A stretch of 63,775 bases of DNA, the filler included, from Licmophora abbreviata (lineage: Eukaryota), in the NCBI GenBank assembly GCA_900291995.1. It is 15 parts of 15 records of this genome, joined end to end, with 100 filler letters (N's around TTAATTAATTAA, not from the genome) between each part and the next. Parts side by side here need not be neighbours in the genome. Positions count along the whole stretch, not along the records: positions 1 to 7,600 come from OLMU01004360.1; positions 7,701 to 16,067 come from OLMU01004361.1; 13 more parts are not named here. One strand, given 5' to 3'. The position numbers and the translations under genes are program-made. The stretch's first letter is position 1, and each line of letters opens with the position of its first letter. The notes under the pieces are model-generated. The model saw nothing but the letters and a program-made list of their open reading frames with translations, was not told the origin of the DNA and made no database searches. This document shows positions 1-11,510 of the stretch, piece after piece.

Positions 1-1980
1 ACACACTCGATTTGGTCAGCAAACCCTCGCCCAAGACGGACTTGGACTCCATCATTAGCACCATGGTAGTTGCGCAGGCCAAGCCGTCTCATGATGCCAC
101 GCGTCGTGGACTTGTGCTCACTGGAATTGATGGAACCAAGGCTACGCTGGTAGCATGTGAGCAGCGTACGGCCATTGCCTGGATCGAAGCGATCGACATG
201 ATGCTGGCCAGCAAGAGGCGCCGTACCTCTGCCGCGGCAGGATATAAGGTGTGTGGAGCATGGTGCGTGTAAGAGTACTGTCATGACCTGCGACTAACTC
301 ACACGGATGAATATGCCACCCACTGCACCAATTCTATTCTAATTCTACGCAGGTTATCAAGACGCAAAAGTCTCGCACTTGGGGTAAGGAGCGCATGTCG
401 GAAAAGGAACGTGATGAGGTCGAGTCGCAGTACTTGAACCTTGCAGCTTACTCCAACAAGCTCATTCGCGCGGGCGCCGTTCCCGGACACAACAAGGGCG
501 AGAAAGGCACTTCCATCTACTACAGTGTCGACCGTGCGCAGAGCGAGCCCGCCGAGGGATACGAAGACGAAGCGCTCGAGAGTATTGCCAAGCGACGTGC
601 GGTCATTAAGGATTCGTGGGACTTCTACCGTATGATTTGTAGCTTGTTGCGTGATCGACGCAAGTACGACGAAGTCTTTCGCAAGATGCAGCTTGACCCT
701 GTCTATCCCTACTTGAACTCCATGACTGGATTGAACGATCCTGGAGATGATGGAAAAGAAGACAAACAAGTGATTCAAAAGGACCTTCCCGAATATGGGG
801 ACATGACCAAGTCTCAAGTGGTCGCAGATCTGATCAAGGGAGCGAAACAAGCGCTCCCTAGTTTGGTGGAGATTTGCAAGGCACTCGCCGGTAGCTTGGG
901 TATGGAGGAAGTGGGGGTAGGACCAGTCAAGGAGGCTTCAGCGGCTATTCGCAAGGCAGAAAAGAAGTATTCTGGCGACTTGCTCAAGGTTACGGATTAC
1001 TGCCGTGCTTTGTTGGTTGTCAAGGACTTTCCGTCCTTGTTGGCATTGCTGGAATTGGCCCGTGACTCGTTTGGTCCGCTGATTCGTCGTGTCAAATTGA
1101 GTACTCTCAAGAAGGAGCACAATCCCTTGGCTGGTGGATACCGCGATTGCAAGATCAACCTCGAGTTGAAGGGTGAGTTTTGGTTTTCAATTGTTGTAAA
1201 GAGCTCTGTAGAATGACATCTGACGAGTGTGTCGCACATTTCTGTATCCACTCAGGTCATATTTGTGAGATTCAGATCCACGTGTGGCCCATGTGGACCA
1301 TCTGTGGCGTTGACGGTTTCCGTCACTACCGTCATTGCGTCGAGTATTCCACGGATTCGTTCGACGATCCGTACGATGCGCTAGAAGGACTTGACCGCAA
1401 GACCATGGCGGAGCTGATTGTCATGTCCGAAGAAGCCGTAGCGGCCACGCCGTTGGAGAACTTGGAGTGGTACCAGGAGAAGTTTATCCTGGACTACTTT
1501 GCCGAAGTCGGCTTGTTCCTTGCCCATGGACTGGAGGCGTGGGCGGAAGTGACGTTGCGTCGTTTGATCCAGTTGCGCACTGACTCTCCCGACATTGGAC
1601 CGGGTCACCACGAGACACTGATTCTGCAGAAGTACATGGAGCGTGCGTTGCGGGCTCAGAAGAAGAACAAGGAGGCGGCCGAGCAGGCCCACATTCTCAA
1701 GGAAGCGGAAAAAATCAAGAAACAAGAAGCAGATGATGCCGAATTGACCTTGTGGGACTCCATGGTGAACGCTCCGACGGATGCCATCGACATGATTATG
1801 GATCCAAACAAGAAGGAACGCGAGGAGGAAGAACATTTGAGGAAGGAAGTCAAGGCTTCGAAGAAGCAGTGGCGCAGAATTCGTCAAGAGCGCTTTGCAT
1901 TCTTGGATTCCAACGCCGGTATCCCCCGCGAGCAGTCGGCAGGCCAGACCTCGGAGCAAGACGACTCTGAGAAGCAGTAG
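1..1980 (+). CDS. 5'-partial multidomain protein: PH-like domain + RelA/SpoT-like nucleotidyltransferase + TPR-like/coiled C-terminus; exons <1-248, 353-1172, 1256-1980
   Basis: GT-AG introns 249-352 (phase 0) and 1173-1255 (phase 1) join three ORFs in frame. The spliced protein has GPVKEASAAIRK..KYSGD..VTDYCR..GGYRDCKINLELKG|HICEIQIH (RelA_SpoT-like) and an upstream AWIEAI helix typical of PH domain ends. Confidence 0.75.
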
Positions 1981-2564
1981 AGATGGAGAAGAACGTTTAT
2001 ACAAGGCGCTCATCGGAGCACGGAGCACTCTTCAAGACGCGAATGTAGTCTCTGATTCAGATGGCAATCCATTCTCAGTTGCATATCTATGCTTTCACTA
2101 GTCCAGAAATACTTAGTAGGATCTATATGTTGCGTGACCTCATGATAGGGGCCTTTCGATACACCGGTTTACATGCTAGCTTGTATTACGAGTCATGAAT
2201 CCGTAGCATGACGGGCATCTGCTTGCTCCCCGCTTTATCGACGAAGCCGAGAATGAGCCTTATCCTCTATCTGTTTTGTTTGCAAACATCATATGCAGAG
2301 TTTGTAGAAGAAGAGTTAACAGAGTGGAAGCCATCAATCAACTCAAAAGTATTAAGTATGCTATTTCGTGGTGACGTCCAGGCGGACGGACGGACGGTTG
2401 CGGTCGCCCAAACCCGAAAAAGATTCGAGGCCGCGATCTTTTGTGTCACAATGATACCGCCGGTTAACAGCGCCGGCGTGGGCATTGCGCTGTGCGGCTT
2501 TCCTACACTGTGCAAGAGCTCCCCGCTTAATAATTGACTGAGACCTGCTTTGCTAAAGAGCAAA

Positions 2565-4346
2565 ATGGCACCGACAATCGGCTCTTCGTCGTCTGCGTCC
2601 AAGGCGGACGATGAACCGTCCTCGACCTCGACTGGTTTGTTCACTTGGAACTCCCACATGAAGTCGACCATGGCACTGTGCGCCTGCATCGCCAGCATGA
2701 GCTACATGATAATCTCCGTTTTCCCCTACAGTGGGTTTATGGCAATGGCTCTAGTCCCTGGACTGACAGAGGAGACAACGGGCAGCTACGCAGGCCTGAT
2801 TGCTTCCTGCTTCATGGCAGGGAGGGCACTCAGTGCCTATGCCTGGGGCAAGTGGGCCGATGTCTACGGGCGTAAGTTCATCCTGTTTGCGTCCTTGGGG
2901 CTTTCCTGTGTGTTATCGCTGTGTTTTGGTATGTCCCAGACGTTTGCGGCGGCCTTGGTTTCCCGATTCTTGTTGGGACTCAGCAACGGCATCATGAGCA
3001 CCGCCAAGACGGCTGTCACGGAACTGGCACATGGTGACGACAAACTGGAAAAGCGAGGTATGGGACTCGTCGTGGGTACGTGGGGGTGGGGATTCCTGTG
3101 GAGTCCTGCAGTCGGAGGCTTTCTTGCGGAGCCGGTCAAGCAGTACCCGAACAGCCCCATTGTGCAAGCAAATCAGGCCTGGCTAGGGAAGTATCCGTTC
3201 TTGTTGCCCAACCTCGTGGGAATCGCGCTCTGTCTGCTGGCCATTGCGGCGGTAGAAGCATGGGTACCGGAGACGTTGCCAGAGGACAAGAGAAGAAGCT
3301 ACTTGCAGATCCCCTCAGACTGTGCCGACTGGTCTCGAGCACTGTACGGAAAACTGTTTCGGTCCTGCTTACCTGCGCCGGACGACGAAGAGCGAACCCG
3401 GCTTGTATCTGTGCCCTCAGAATCGATGTTGGAAGAAGACGACGACGACGACGACGATTGGTCCGCCTATTCTCCGGATGATATTCCTGGATTGCGCTTA
3501 CGCCACTCCGAGTCAGGCAATATGCTATCGACACAAGTCAAGTCCATTCGCCCTCGCCCCTCCGTCATTCATGTTCGACCCAGTGTTGCCGAACGTATGG
3601 GTTTTGTCATACACGAAGGTCAACGGCGACGACGTTCCAGCATCTTTGGTCCTACAATCGCAACGCTATGGGCGCGTGTGGACACACGTGTCCATCTCCT
3701 GCTGTATTTCCTATACTCGTTTGTTCTCGTTTGTGGCGACGAGGCCTTTCCGTTGTACTGCATCTCAAAAGAAGGCGGGTTGGGACTTTCGGCGTCGTCG
3801 ATTGGCAACATCCTATCCGGATCCGGACTGATCTTTGGTGTCTGCCAGTACTTCGTGTATGCCATGATTGTCAACCGACTCGGCGTATACGAGTCATTGA
3901 TTATTGGTAGTCTCGGTTTGCCATTGTTGGTGCTCGTTCCATTCGCTGTGCTTTGGGCGGCCCCATCTGACGACGACGGCGGTACGGGTGACATCTCGTG
4001 GGGATCCTTTGTTTACCTCTGCTTGATCTTGGCCGTCGCTCGGATTGTCGGCAGCGTGTACTTTTCCAGTATTTTTATCGCTCTCAATCGAACAGTCCCT
4101 GCCGGACATCGTGCATCCATGAACGGTTTGCAAACTCTAGGTGGGAGCGCTGCCAAGGCTGTGGGTCCAACCTTTGCCGGTATACTGGTAACGGTTTGCT
4201 TTTCCTCGGGCTTGTGGTCACCGCAAGTCGGTGGATTCCTGATTTGGTCGGTGATTGGTATTCTCGGGGTATTTAATACACTGGCAGTTGTCCTTTGTTT
4301 GCGAGAGGATCCAGTGGAAGTGGACGAAGCTATCAGACTGCCTTAA
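2565..4346 (+). CDS. MFS transporter, ZIFL/tetracycline-resistance-like
   Basis: About 12 hydrophobic segments, motif A (WGKWADVYGRK), PAVGGFLAEP and YPFLLPN as in ZIFL-type transporters, and a long acidic central loop. ATG at 2565. Confidence 0.85.
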   Translation: MAPTIGSSSSASKADDEPSSTSTGLFTWNSHMKSTMALCACIASMSYMIISVFPYSGFMAMALVPGLTEETTGSYAGLIASCFMAGRALSAYAWGKWADVYGRKFILFASLGLSCVLSLCFGMSQTFAAALVSRFLLGLSNGIMSTAKTAVTELAHGDDKLEKRGMGLVVGTWGWGFLWSPAVGGFLAEPVKQYPNSPIVQANQAWLGKYPFLLPNLVGIALCLLAIAAVEAWVPETLPEDKRRSYLQIPSDCADWSRALYGKLFRSCLPAPDDEERTRLVSVPSESMLEEDDDDDDDWSAYSPDDIPGLRLRHSESGNMLSTQVKSIRPRPSVIHVRPSVAERMGFVIHEGQRRRRSSIFGPTIATLWARVDTRVHLLLYFLYSFVLVCGDEAFPLYCISKEGGLGLSASSIGNILSGSGLIFGVCQYFVYAMIVNRLGVYESLIIGSLGLPLLVLVPFAVLWAAPSDDDGGTGDISWGSFVYLCLILAVARIVGSVYFSSIFIALNRTVPAGHRASMNGLQTLGGSAAKAVGPTFAGILVTVCFSSGLWSPQVGGFLIWSVIGILGVFNTLAVVLCLREDPVEVDEAIRLP

Positions 4347-4448
4347 AGGAAGGTTGTCCATACGAAATGCGTAAAATATGGTGCAGACACTATGGGAAAA
4401 TAAGGCGCAGACACTATTGGCGATTCTTTTATTTTCAGTTGTACTATT

Positions 4449-6155
4449 TCATATCGTTACGAACGGTCCGCCTTGTACTGCCACGGACAACTTGCCCGTG
4501 GATGTGAGCTCTACGAGAACCTCCAACGCGCCGTTTACTGGCACGTCTTTCAACTCGGCAAGTACTTTGCGACTTGGCTGCAGTTGCCACACCGCCAGTG
4601 CAGTCGTCGTGCTAGTAGAGTCTGCACACGGCTGACGACAGTGCACCACATGGGCTGGAAGCGGAGTGCCGAGACCAATCACAGTTTCCATTGAACTGGG
4701 GTTAGATTCTCTATCATCGCCGCTCTGCGTAAGTCCACCAATCCCAATTTCGACAGGGCTGGTCGGAACATGTACAGTTGGCGCATGTCGGCTATGAAGG
4801 ACGTTGTGACTCACACACGAGGCAGCATGTCGGGCACACCCCAACGCGACTGCTTCGTCCGGGGGGATCGTCGATAGTCCACGAAAGATTATACTAGTCG
4901 TGCCGTCGTTTTGTTTCGACAGCACGTCGTCCACTAAGGGATTGACGAGACCCGCCAAACTCCCTGCCGTCAGGATGGCATCCCAAGAAATAGACTCGTC
5001 GTTCCCATCATATTTTATGGCAGCACCAATCCATTTCTCCAACATTCCCTTCGCTTTGTTCAACAGAGGCCTCAGCAACATGTCCCATCGTGGAGGTGAA
5101 ACACTAATGTGACAGTCGAGTCCTTCATACAAGGAATCAATCGTCACATGGACATTGGAACGACTCGCACCACTACCACACAAACTCCCCAGTACACTTT
5201 CAGAGGCTCGCTGTAGTTTGGACCTCGCCTTTTTGCTCTCCTCCCAAATACTGTTGGTGGGCAACCGATTCTGACGTTCGAATTGATTGGCCACGTGTTT
5301 GGCCAGAAGCGTCACCAGAATCGGACCCGAAAACTCCATGAGACGTTCCCATTTGACCAGCCGCAGTATCCTGGATGTACCCCCACACGACGTCAAGTGT
5401 GACACGGTCAGTCCTGATGCGCCACCATCTAATACCAGAATATTGTTTGCTTTCGTAGAAGTTGTAGCATTTGTTGCCATCGAGGCTGTACTAGGAGTCA
5501 CGTCCATGATTCCATGAGCAAGACAGATTGCCGCTGGATCCGACACGGTCCCAAGTACCAAGTGGTGTTTTTGTTTCAACTTTGCTTCGAGTTGTTCCCG
5601 GATTCCCTGTTCGGCAATTTGTTGTAGTAGAGAATGATGATACAAGCTATCGTCGTTGCCGTCGTCCTCGACATCATGATCGACAGGTACTGAGAGTACG
5701 ACACGCAACTGCGATACTTTGCAGGCAGTGGCGTCGGCAGCAAGGGTGGCGCAGTGTCCCAGAAACGAAGCAGCAGCAGTAGCCCCCAAATCAGCACCCT
5801 CTTTCTCGTCATCATTATTCTGAGCCAAAGAATGCATCTGCTGTCGGACATACACGAGCGATTTCTTTTGCTTTTCCAAGAGTGTTCGCGCGGCATCTCC
5901 AAACACAAAGGTAGGCTTGGTGGAGGAGGAAGACTTCTTTTTCTTGTCGTCATCGCCAGAATCCTCATCACGATGCAGTTCTTCTACTGCCAACGCCATA
6001 GTACTGCGTTGCCCTTGTGCATTGCTCACGATACGGGCAGCAGTTTCGCTTCTACCGCCAATCGAGTCTTCCGAGATGGCAACTCGAACTTGGCGTGAGC
6101 CTAGATCGATACCGACTGGAACGAATGGGGGTAGCGATGGAGCAGAAGTACTCAT
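4449..6155 (-). CDS. Atypical Hsp70 (HSPA14/Ssz1-like)
   Basis: GIDLGS, IVSNAQGQRST, LVLDGG, IDSLYEGLD and PPDEAVALG motifs; short substrate-binding region with no lid or EEVD. ATG at 6155. Confidence 0.75.
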   Translation of the reverse strand: MSTSAPSLPPFVPVGIDLGSRQVRVAISEDSIGGRSETAARIVSNAQGQRSTMALAVEELHRDEDSGDDDKKKKSSSSTKPTFVFGDAARTLLEKQKKSLVYVRQQMHSLAQNNDDEKEGADLGATAAASFLGHCATLAADATACKVSQLRVVLSVPVDHDVEDDGNDDSLYHHSLLQQIAEQGIREQLEAKLKQKHHLVLGTVSDPAAICLAHGIMDVTPSTASMATNATTSTKANNILVLDGGASGLTVSHLTSCGGTSRILRLVKWERLMEFSGPILVTLLAKHVANQFERQNRLPTNSIWEESKKARSKLQRASESVLGSLCGSGASRSNVHVTIDSLYEGLDCHISVSPPRWDMLLRPLLNKAKGMLEKWIGAAIKYDGNDESISWDAILTAGSLAGLVNPLVDDVLSKQNDGTTSIIFRGLSTIPPDEAVALGCARHAASCVSHNVLHSRHAPTVHVPTSPVEIGIGGLTQSGDDRESNPSSMETVIGLGTPLPAHVVHCRQPCADSTSTTTALAVWQLQPSRKVLAELKDVPVNGALEVLVELTSTGKLSVAVQGGPFVTI

Positions 6156-6522
6156 GAGTTGCAAACTCAGTATAGGTAGAAAAGAAGGCGAATGTGTGTT
6201 CTCTACAAGCTGCAATTGTGTTTTGCAGTTTTCCCATGGTCGAAGAGGAATTTTGTGGCCGTCTTCCCCGGCGAGCACAGCGCGTCCATCTTTCAAAATC
6301 GGATGGCTGGCAGCAGCCCAGCGTTTTTGACCCCTTCGACTATATCGTATGTTCGTATGTTCGTCTTCACGATGACGTTTCGAATGTCACGGCAAAGATT
6401 CAATCGCAATTTTCTCAATGTCGTTGTCGTGACCACAGGCATCCGTTCATGGCATCAGTTTGTTGCTCGTGGGTGAGCCTTCACGTTTAATTGATTCAAA
6501 GTTCTCGTGACTAGAGTACACC

Positions 6523-8248
6523 ATGTTCCACGGAGGCTTCCGAGGTCTGTCACCGGTCACGCCGAAGGATCGAAAAACGGAAGAACAAAATACGAGTTCC
6601 ACAAATACTGCAATTCATCATCAAGACGAAGCGTCTCCGGAGGAATTGAAAGCACGAGTCCAAAACTTGATTGCTTTGCAGCAGTATGCTGTGGAAGCAG
6701 ATTGTTCAGATACTAAGGATGATGGAAAGGCACAAGCCACACGCGGTGCCTCTTCTCTGCCACCGGCCCCAAACCAGGACGAGACACCGCACAATACAGA
6801 GCGCGACGTCGAAGCACCAGCCTCGACACGACGTGGAACTTCAATCTACAATCAAAGAGGCAGTAGTGGAACTATTGAAGAATGCGAAGACGAGGAAGAT
6901 GACAATGAAGATGGGGTATTTATACATGGTCAGTTACTCTTTCCCAGTGACTATCCGAGACCACCGCCACCGCCCGAGCACAATCCCTTGGTGGCTGCGA
7001 TCGGTACATATCATCAGCAGCAGTATGGCGCTCCAGGACCACACAGCATGATGAATCACCAGGGATCTTCCCTTACACCTCCCTCGGATCATGAAGAGCT
7101 CGGCGCCTACATCTACAACGACCCCGACTATATCGATCACGATGAAACATCCTCGTGTGGTTTGTTTGCTTGTGTTTGCCAGTTCCTTCGCAACGAAACG
7201 CTACACCGATCCTTTTGCTACGGTAGCATCGACGGATTACTGACAGGCGCTGGCATTGTGGCTTGTTTCCTTGGAATGGGCATACTGTCCCATTTGTCCC
7301 CTCTCACGACAAAATACTTTGTCGTGGGCTTCTGTTTGAGCGTCGGCAGTGCCGATGCACTCTGTCTCTGCTTGGGTCATCTTTGGAGTACTTACACAAT
7401 GACCTTACAAAGTGCCAAGGAAAGGCGTCAAACACGACAACTGTTTGAACAATCACGGCCTGATGCGAAAGGAAAGTTGGTGGACATGTTGCTGACGCGT
7501 GGTATGCTCAAGATTGATGCGATGAGTATCGCCGATACGCTGGAAGGATACCCAGATATCTTTGTCAGCGCGCTCGTGGGGGATAGTGGCTATGCACTTG
7601 NNNNNNNNNNNNNNNNNNNNNNNNNNNNNNNNNNNNNNNNNNNNTTAATTAATTAANNNNNNNNNNNNNNNNNNNNNNNNNNNNNNNNNNNNNNNNNNNN
7701 GCTCGTATGGTTCCTTTACCGAATGGGAATACGATCCCGAGTCGGCGGGAGTGGCAGTGACGATGAACGAAAGCAAGATGGAAGGCGTCGTCATGATGGT
7801 GGCGTTTTCATTGTGTAGTGTTCTACCGGCAATCATTTATTTGATCCTTAGTATACTCATTGACGAAGGCAAGAGTGGGGGGACCACGACTGTGTCCGTC
7901 AAGAGTCTGTCGATGAGTATCACTTGTGTCATAATGGTGCTGCTTGGCATTTGGAAGAGGTGAGTCGCAAGTCGTCGCATGTGAATGTCGCACGTCGGTA
8001 GGTCGCAGTGATAATGATCCTATTCTCACAATGTCATAATTCATTCTATATTATTGCTCTCTGTTCATAGTAAATTCTTTGATTCCAATTGGATCTTGTT
8101 TGGCGTTGAAACCGTCATGGTGTTGTTTCTTTGCGTGATGGTAGCCTTTGGATTGGGACTTGCCATGTCGACTGTGATTCCGACCGAAAGTCTATTTGCC
8201 AAGACCCTTCATGCTACTGCACTTGACGATGATGTCAGCCGAACATAA
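6523..8248 (+). CDS. VIT1/CCC1-family membrane protein with long N-terminal extension (interrupted by gap)
   Basis: YGSIDGLLT TM1 motif and ADALC..G TM2. TM3-5 continue after the 7601-7700 gap; intron 7960-8070 (phase 2) restores ...IWKS|KFFDSNW. Confidence 0.75.
7601..7700. other. Artificial gap spacer N44-TTAATTAATTAA-N44
   Basis: Identical 100-bp spacer with stops in all six frames. Confidence 0.98.
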
Positions 8249-8517
8249 ATAGCAAGAGATAGGGAAAGGAGATACAATGAAGTGGAGTTGTTGCTGCCAT
8301 GGGAATCACGACCTCAGCGGCTCCTCAGCTATGACACAGCTAGTCTTAAAACATATTCAGCAAGCGCATGCAGAGTCCTTATGGTGTTTTGGCCGGATAT
8401 TTGGCAGCGGCTAGATACAGCGCGACTCGAGTCGGCACACCCTCCTCTTGGTTTACCAGAATTAGGCTACCGGTAGTACAACAGGTGCACGGCTGTAGTT
8501 TAGCTACACTATCAGTG

Positions 8518-9280
8518 TTACACTAAGCGCTCAAATTGCACTCCGTCCAGAATCCCTCCCCGCAGGGTCCGACTGACCAATCGTTCAAATTGATACACAT
8601 CCTTCCGAAAGAGTTCTGCCGCTTCATGGTTCAAGGGATCGTCCGGGTTCGGTTCATAAAATAGGTAAATCAATCCATAAATAACAGCATTGATGTCGAG
8701 CACCGGCTTCCAGTCTTCTCGCAGAATATTGAGACAGACTTTGCCGTCGAGGTTAATATTGGGATGATAGATTTTGGTCGTGCAATCGACTTTTGGCGGT
8801 GAATGGGGATAATGCGGAGGGATGTCAAAGGTAAAGTGATAGGTGGCTCCGGCCCAGTAGCCAGTATCGGGAGTGATGCGCACATGAAAGGTCGTCAGGT
8901 CGTTGGGGTTCGGAAAGTCGATCGTTGCCACCTTGCCGCCGTCGAGTTCCGCGATATCTAGATACAGAGAGAGGGATAAGAAGGAGATGGGTGTCAGAAT
9001 AGACAAAGCGTCGACCCCTTTCTCTCCGCGCCAGTGTTCTGTGTCGTGGTGAATTCTGTCGTAAAGTGCAGTACAGTCTCCACGTACCTTTCTGAATACG
9101 GATTTCTCCCGGAGTGCGCTTTTTGGAAGTGCCATTCGTTCCGCCCTTTTTCTCCTTCTTTTTACCCCCAATCCCCAAAAGTGATACCTTTTCCGTGGTA
9201 GGAGCGTCCGAAGCTCCCTCCGCAGCAGCAGCGGCAGCGGCTTTGGCCTCGGCTTCGCGTTTCTTCTTCAATGCCAACAT
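8518..9280 (-). CDS. UBC12: NEDD8-conjugating E2 enzyme Ubc12
   Basis: Intron 8958-9087 gives GEIRIQKD|IAEL; HPNINLDGKVCLNILREDWKPVL active site and the N-terminal MLALKKK docking peptide are present. Confidence 0.93.
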
Positions 9281-9574
9281 GGTCGTCGTCGTATTTTATG
9301 GCGTGTCTCATCTGATCCATCGAAAGCGGTGGACGCACAGACAAGGGACAGAAGGAATGTTAGACTAGGCTGAATGAATTGAATGAATCGGACCAATCTC
9401 TCCAGACTATACGGTGGTTACAAGTCTACTCGTGTTCGTGTTTACTGCCGGTTTGGTGGCAAACTCAAGCAAATACTAAAGTGTGTCAGAATACCAGTTG
9501 CGCCAGCCATTGACTAAAGTAGTTGCTACTTCAAATTCCTAGCTAGAGACACTGCATCAGCATCTGGCACCTCA

Positions 9575-10312
9575 TCATCCTCGCATAGTAGTAGGATGCG
9601 TAATGAAACTCAGGAGGGCACTCCACACAAATCCCACCATGTTGCTAAAGAGTACTTGGTACGGAACAGGAACGAATCGAAAATTGATCATTTGCGTGGG
9701 CACAAACAAGGACCAATTGGCCACCAGTGCTGATGGATACTGCGCCGACAGTCTCGACGGAATCGACGAGACAGACTCTCCCTCCAACGTCCACAAGCTA
9801 CAGAGCCAGGTGGGAAGAAAGAAGGGAGCGAATACCAATTGATCCATAGCAACTCGTTGTAACACGGCACGTGCTGATACCCCGGGAATGCGACGCATCA
9901 ACAGATTGTACCATACGTGAATGACGGGAGCGACGAGGAAGCATCCTAAAAAGGTAAAGCGGGCTGTGCGAAGAGGGTCCCACCAAGTAAAAGAAGAGTA
10001 TACCGATGACAAAGATCTCTGGTCATTGGATGTTGTCCACTCTCTCCTAGTATGCACAATGCACTGGGACAAGCAGTCGCCGGATCCAGCGACAAAGCCG
10101 CTCGTCAGGCCTTTCGTAAGAATGGGGTGTGTCTCGAGTTTGCGCGAGTACCAAGCCAGCAGAGTTTGAGGTTCCGACGAAGACGAAGATGATCTCTTTC
10201 TGGATTGACGCCATAGTGGAGATCGAAGACTACATTTTGTCGTCGTCATGCTGGTGATTCTTGTATTGGCATCACGTGATGGAATCAGCATCAGCGTTCG
10301 AAACATCATCAT
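9575..10312 (-). CDS. Mpv17/PMP22 family protein
   Basis: HPILTKGLTSG..GDCLSQ, DQLVFAP and NWSLFVPTQMINFRFVP motifs; Arg/Ser-rich N-terminus resembles a mitochondrial presequence. Confidence 0.88.
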   Translation of the reverse strand: MMMFRTLMLIPSRDANTRITSMTTTKCSLRSPLWRQSRKRSSSSSSEPQTLLAWYSRKLETHPILTKGLTSGFVAGSGDCLSQCIVHTRREWTTSNDQRSLSSVYSSFTWWDPLRTARFTFLGCFLVAPVIHVWYNLLMRRIPGVSARAVLQRVAMDQLVFAPFFLPTWLCSLWTLEGESVSSIPSRLSAQYPSALVANWSLFVPTQMINFRFVPVPYQVLFSNMVGFVWSALLSFITHPTTMRG

Positions 10313-11064
10313 TATCAATACTGCACTTTTCTGTTGACGACTTTCTTTCAAAGGCAAGTGCTCTCTGGCTCTTGAACGAGTAGTCTTGACCTTTGCAACG
10401 CTGCTGATGCGGCAATACTTCCGGACTCGACTGCCATGGACGGTGCGATGATGCTGTGTTGAGCCATACACAAACAAGAAATTTTCCATTTTTTCCCGAT
10501 CCGACCGAGTCAGTCGAGTCACGAGTCAGTCACGGCCTTGTTGTTGTGGCGCGCGAAGATCGAGGTAAGCGCGCCGGCTCGAAGAGAATGTGGACCAATC
10601 CGGTTCGAGAATGGCCGAAAATGCGAACTCCAACCCGAACATTGCATGTTCTTCGCGCGACAGACGCAGAGAACATCCGGTCGACGAACCACAACAAAGC
10701 AGCACAAAGCAGAACAGCCTTCGACGACACCAGAAAGAACCGAGAAATTGTCCAGTGAAGTAGAGTACTGTGGTAAGGGTAAGGCAACGCAGTCGCTGTG
10801 GGGTGTGCTGGGACACAAACAGAACAAGAAGAAGAAGCACGAGAGGAGGAGCAAGCAGCAGTACAAGAAGTCTTCTTTTTGTGAACGACGAGACGAAACC
10901 GAGTGCCCACACGTGTAGATAGTCGGAATTTGGCTGAGAACCGACAGATTCATTCACTACACAAGTCATCATTTTGCACTCTTGTTTTCTCGTCATCCTT
11001 CCACTCACACTAGCCATCCATCCCCTCCTTCGCTTTAGAAAAAAGAGCAAAACTCAAACGAACA

Positions 11065-11510
11065 ATGTGGAGACACCCCTTGACTCGAATGGCCGGTGCC
11101 GCCGTCTCGGGCACAGTCATTACGGCCGGCAGCGCAACCGTATCGTGCGTATTGGCCTTGTACGTGGAACAATCGGCACATCGCACCTTGTATAGATTCT
11201 TCCCCCATTGGTACAAGGATGTAGATCATGTGCCACTGGGACTTGAGCAGTGGCAGCTAGATGCCGTGCGGGGTGAGCAACAACCCAGGAGAAGAGAACT
11301 AGCAATGATGAGTCCATCATGAGGATCGCGAACCAAGAGTCAGCACTGTCTGGTTGGAACGAACAGTCGGACAGTGAAACAGTATTCTCTACTTCCGTTG
11401 TCTCGGCGCAGCTTCTCACGATTCCCCTACAGACGGCGAATATTTCACCCACACGAAGACGGCCCACCGTGACGCCCAATCATGTGTTTAGTTGCGCCAT
11501 GACCGCATAG
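11065..11510 (+). CDS. Small hypothetical protein with hydrophobic N-terminal segment; probable frameshift near 11280
   Basis: ORF 11065-11322 overlaps a second frame open from 11277 to 11510; adding one base at caa/ccc would join them. Confidence 0.4.

Noticed and set aside
299..2028. Long antisense ORFs (299-850, 1381-2028) and similar ones elsewhere
   Set aside because: Shadows of real genes on the opposite strand; no recognisable motifs.
2565..8248. Metal-homeostasis cluster (ZIFL-like MFS near VIT1-like gene)
   Set aside because: Only two genes, separated by an Hsp70-like gene, and neither substrate is established.
10456..11050. Stack of overlapping 100-170 aa ORFs on both strands
   Set aside because: Low-complexity GAA/CAA-rich divergent promoter/UTR region with no protein-like motifs.
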